Assembly: GCA_965202585.1 (NCBI GenBank)
Contig: OZ241829.1
Span: forward strand, 66,898,001 to 66,962,000
Length of the DNA stretch: 64,000 nucleotides
Reading direction: 5' to 3'
Source: Thalia democratica
Lineage: Eukaryota
A program made the translations under genes and the position numbers. Shown here piece by piece: positions 62,096 through 64,000 of the stretch. Every line of letters starts with the position of its first letter. Within the stretch, counting starts at the first letter, position 1. The notes beneath the pieces are model-generated. The model made no database searches. It worked only from the letters and a program-made list of their open reading frames with translations, and was not told the origin of the DNA.

Positions 62096-64000
62096 CTTTG
62101 GTTTTAATTATAATATATGTTAACATTTAAGTCTTGCAGGTTCTATAATTTGAAATATCTTTATTTTATTGTAATCATATAAATGTGAACAATAAGTTTT
62201 GCCAAAAAACCTTGAACTATGAAAAACGTCGAATTTGACTATTTAGGCTAAAAAAATCTGAAAATATCTGAAGATTAAGAATTTTTGAAAACCTAGAGTT
62301 CATAACAATCTTTACATGTGGAGTAATTAAACTTCGATTTTACACAAAAAATTTATTATATAATTATTTCTTTATGTTTTCACCAATTTTTTTAAACACC
62401 TTCAAAATAGCTTAATAGTATCTTTTTAATGTTGCTATACTATTTAGAGAGTTTTTTCTTGTATTTAATTTATACTAAATTAGACCAAAAAAGTTGTACT
62501 ATAAACAACTTAGAAGAAAATCAGAAAACCTGGAAAAATTTCATTTTTTAAGGGTTAAAAGTAGCAAAAATATTTTTTGTTTGACATATATTATGTTTAA
62601 ACAACACAGGAAAAACAAGGACTTGAAAAATAAATAATAATGGTGGTTTTAAGTATAATGACCAACTATTTTAATTGTCTTATATTTAATATCCCTCGTA
62701 GGTAAACACATTATAACGTTTTTTATTAAATGTAAAACCTTAGACAGAAATTATCATAGTTATTATGTTAGTGCACGGTAGTTAACTAAACTGTCATCTT
62801 TTTACAATTTAGGTAATTTATTTAACATGTAGTTTATACCTAAGTTTATTTTATAGATGTGACTATATGATAGACTATATGTTATATTTGAATGTACACA
62901 AAAACACTTAAAATAAAATAATAGTAAGAAATAAGGTTTATTTCATTTTGCTTTCGACATATTTAGATTTGTATAGAAGTTTTTTGTATACTTTAAATTA
63001 ATCCCTATACACACCAATGTACAGAGGTGCTTATTTATTAACCAATGTAAAAAATAATACTTAAGTTAATAAAAACACTTCTAATAAGAATTCCCAGGTA
63101 AGCCGTATTCATTGTAGCAGTGGTATCATCTTAAAAGATCGATTAAAGTCCTATTTTTATTTATGCGGCCTAATTATCTTCAGACATTTCCTAAACACGA
63201 CTTTTTGTTGTCATTGAAGAAATAAACAAATCACCTTTACTACCGCCAACACAAAATATTTAAAAACGTTTTCAATTCTGAACGGTGTCTGCTTTTTAGT
63301 ATTTATTTTTGCTACTTTATAACTCGCCTTGATACATTTTTCTAATCTGTCTGTAGTTACTGAAGATCATACTGAAGTTACTGCATACTTGTTTGAACTA
63401 ATTTAGGCGCTTTATTTTTTGTGAGCACAAATCCAAACCAAGTTTTGTAATTCTTATTCGTCTTTTATTTCCCATTTTCTGTTTTTAAATGCAATATTTT
63501 TGTTGCAGATAAAGCAACTGATAATCGCTACATTAAAAAAGCTCTACTTTATTAATAGCTTAATAAATTTTTATACTTTTGTTAAAAGTTTTTAAGAAAC
63601 TCAACTGTCCATTCAAGCTGACTTATAATAATATTTTTTTTATGTATATATTTATTTCATTGCTAAAACACTTCGTCTTTTTTTTAATTTAAAACAGGGT
63701 TTTCAAACAAACAGCCTAGTTTGAAAATTTAAAAAAACTTACACTAGGTAAAACCTGTTTTTGACATTTTTGAAAACTTAGGTGTGCGTGTGTGAATTTT
63801 TATTTCAAATTACCTTGAATAAATCTTGGAATTCTCAGAACAGTTTTTGTTACTGTTGTGTAGTTTAATAATTGTTATTTTTAGTAGTCTTTTTACATAC
63901 TATATACTTATTTATGATGATGATATTTTATTTATGTATTTAAGCTTTTGTTTTTTAAAGTAAGTTTTTAGATTTTAAGACTTTTAATAAACTGAGGCTG

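Noticed and set aside
1-64000. tRNA or rRNA genes
   Set aside because: No cloverleaf or rRNA-like sequence recognised by eye; tRNAscan-SE would be needed to exclude them.

Overview
Very AT-rich, intron-containing animal (invertebrate-like) genomic DNA; the species cannot be determined from the sequence. About half of the window is transposon debris. DNA transposons include hAT elements with 8-bp TSDs, TTAA-flanked poly-G MITEs and a foldback-like Mutator element with a 9-bp TSD. Retroelements include CR1-type LINE fragments, Penelope-like fragments with hammerhead-ribozyme motifs and two LTR elements. Host genes were rebuilt by hand from splice sites, and most are missed by the ORF track: (1) a 1-kb acidic low-complexity coding exon at 1-2 kb; (2) a 4-domain Kazal inhibitor pseudogene; (3) two convergent ephrin-B-type paralogues, both ending TVVHV and both carrying inactivating-looking lesions; (4) two tandem caspase-fold genes whose reconstructed exons are open and phase-compatible but whose catalytic Cys is replaced (Pro in one, Phe in the other). 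The most unusual items are the pseudo-caspase tandem, a pol-less LTR element carrying a Y-box-type cold-shock domain and inserted into a 32-bp minisatellite, and the ephrin pair with possibly compensating splice/frameshift lesions. All family calls are by motif recognition only; no searches were run.
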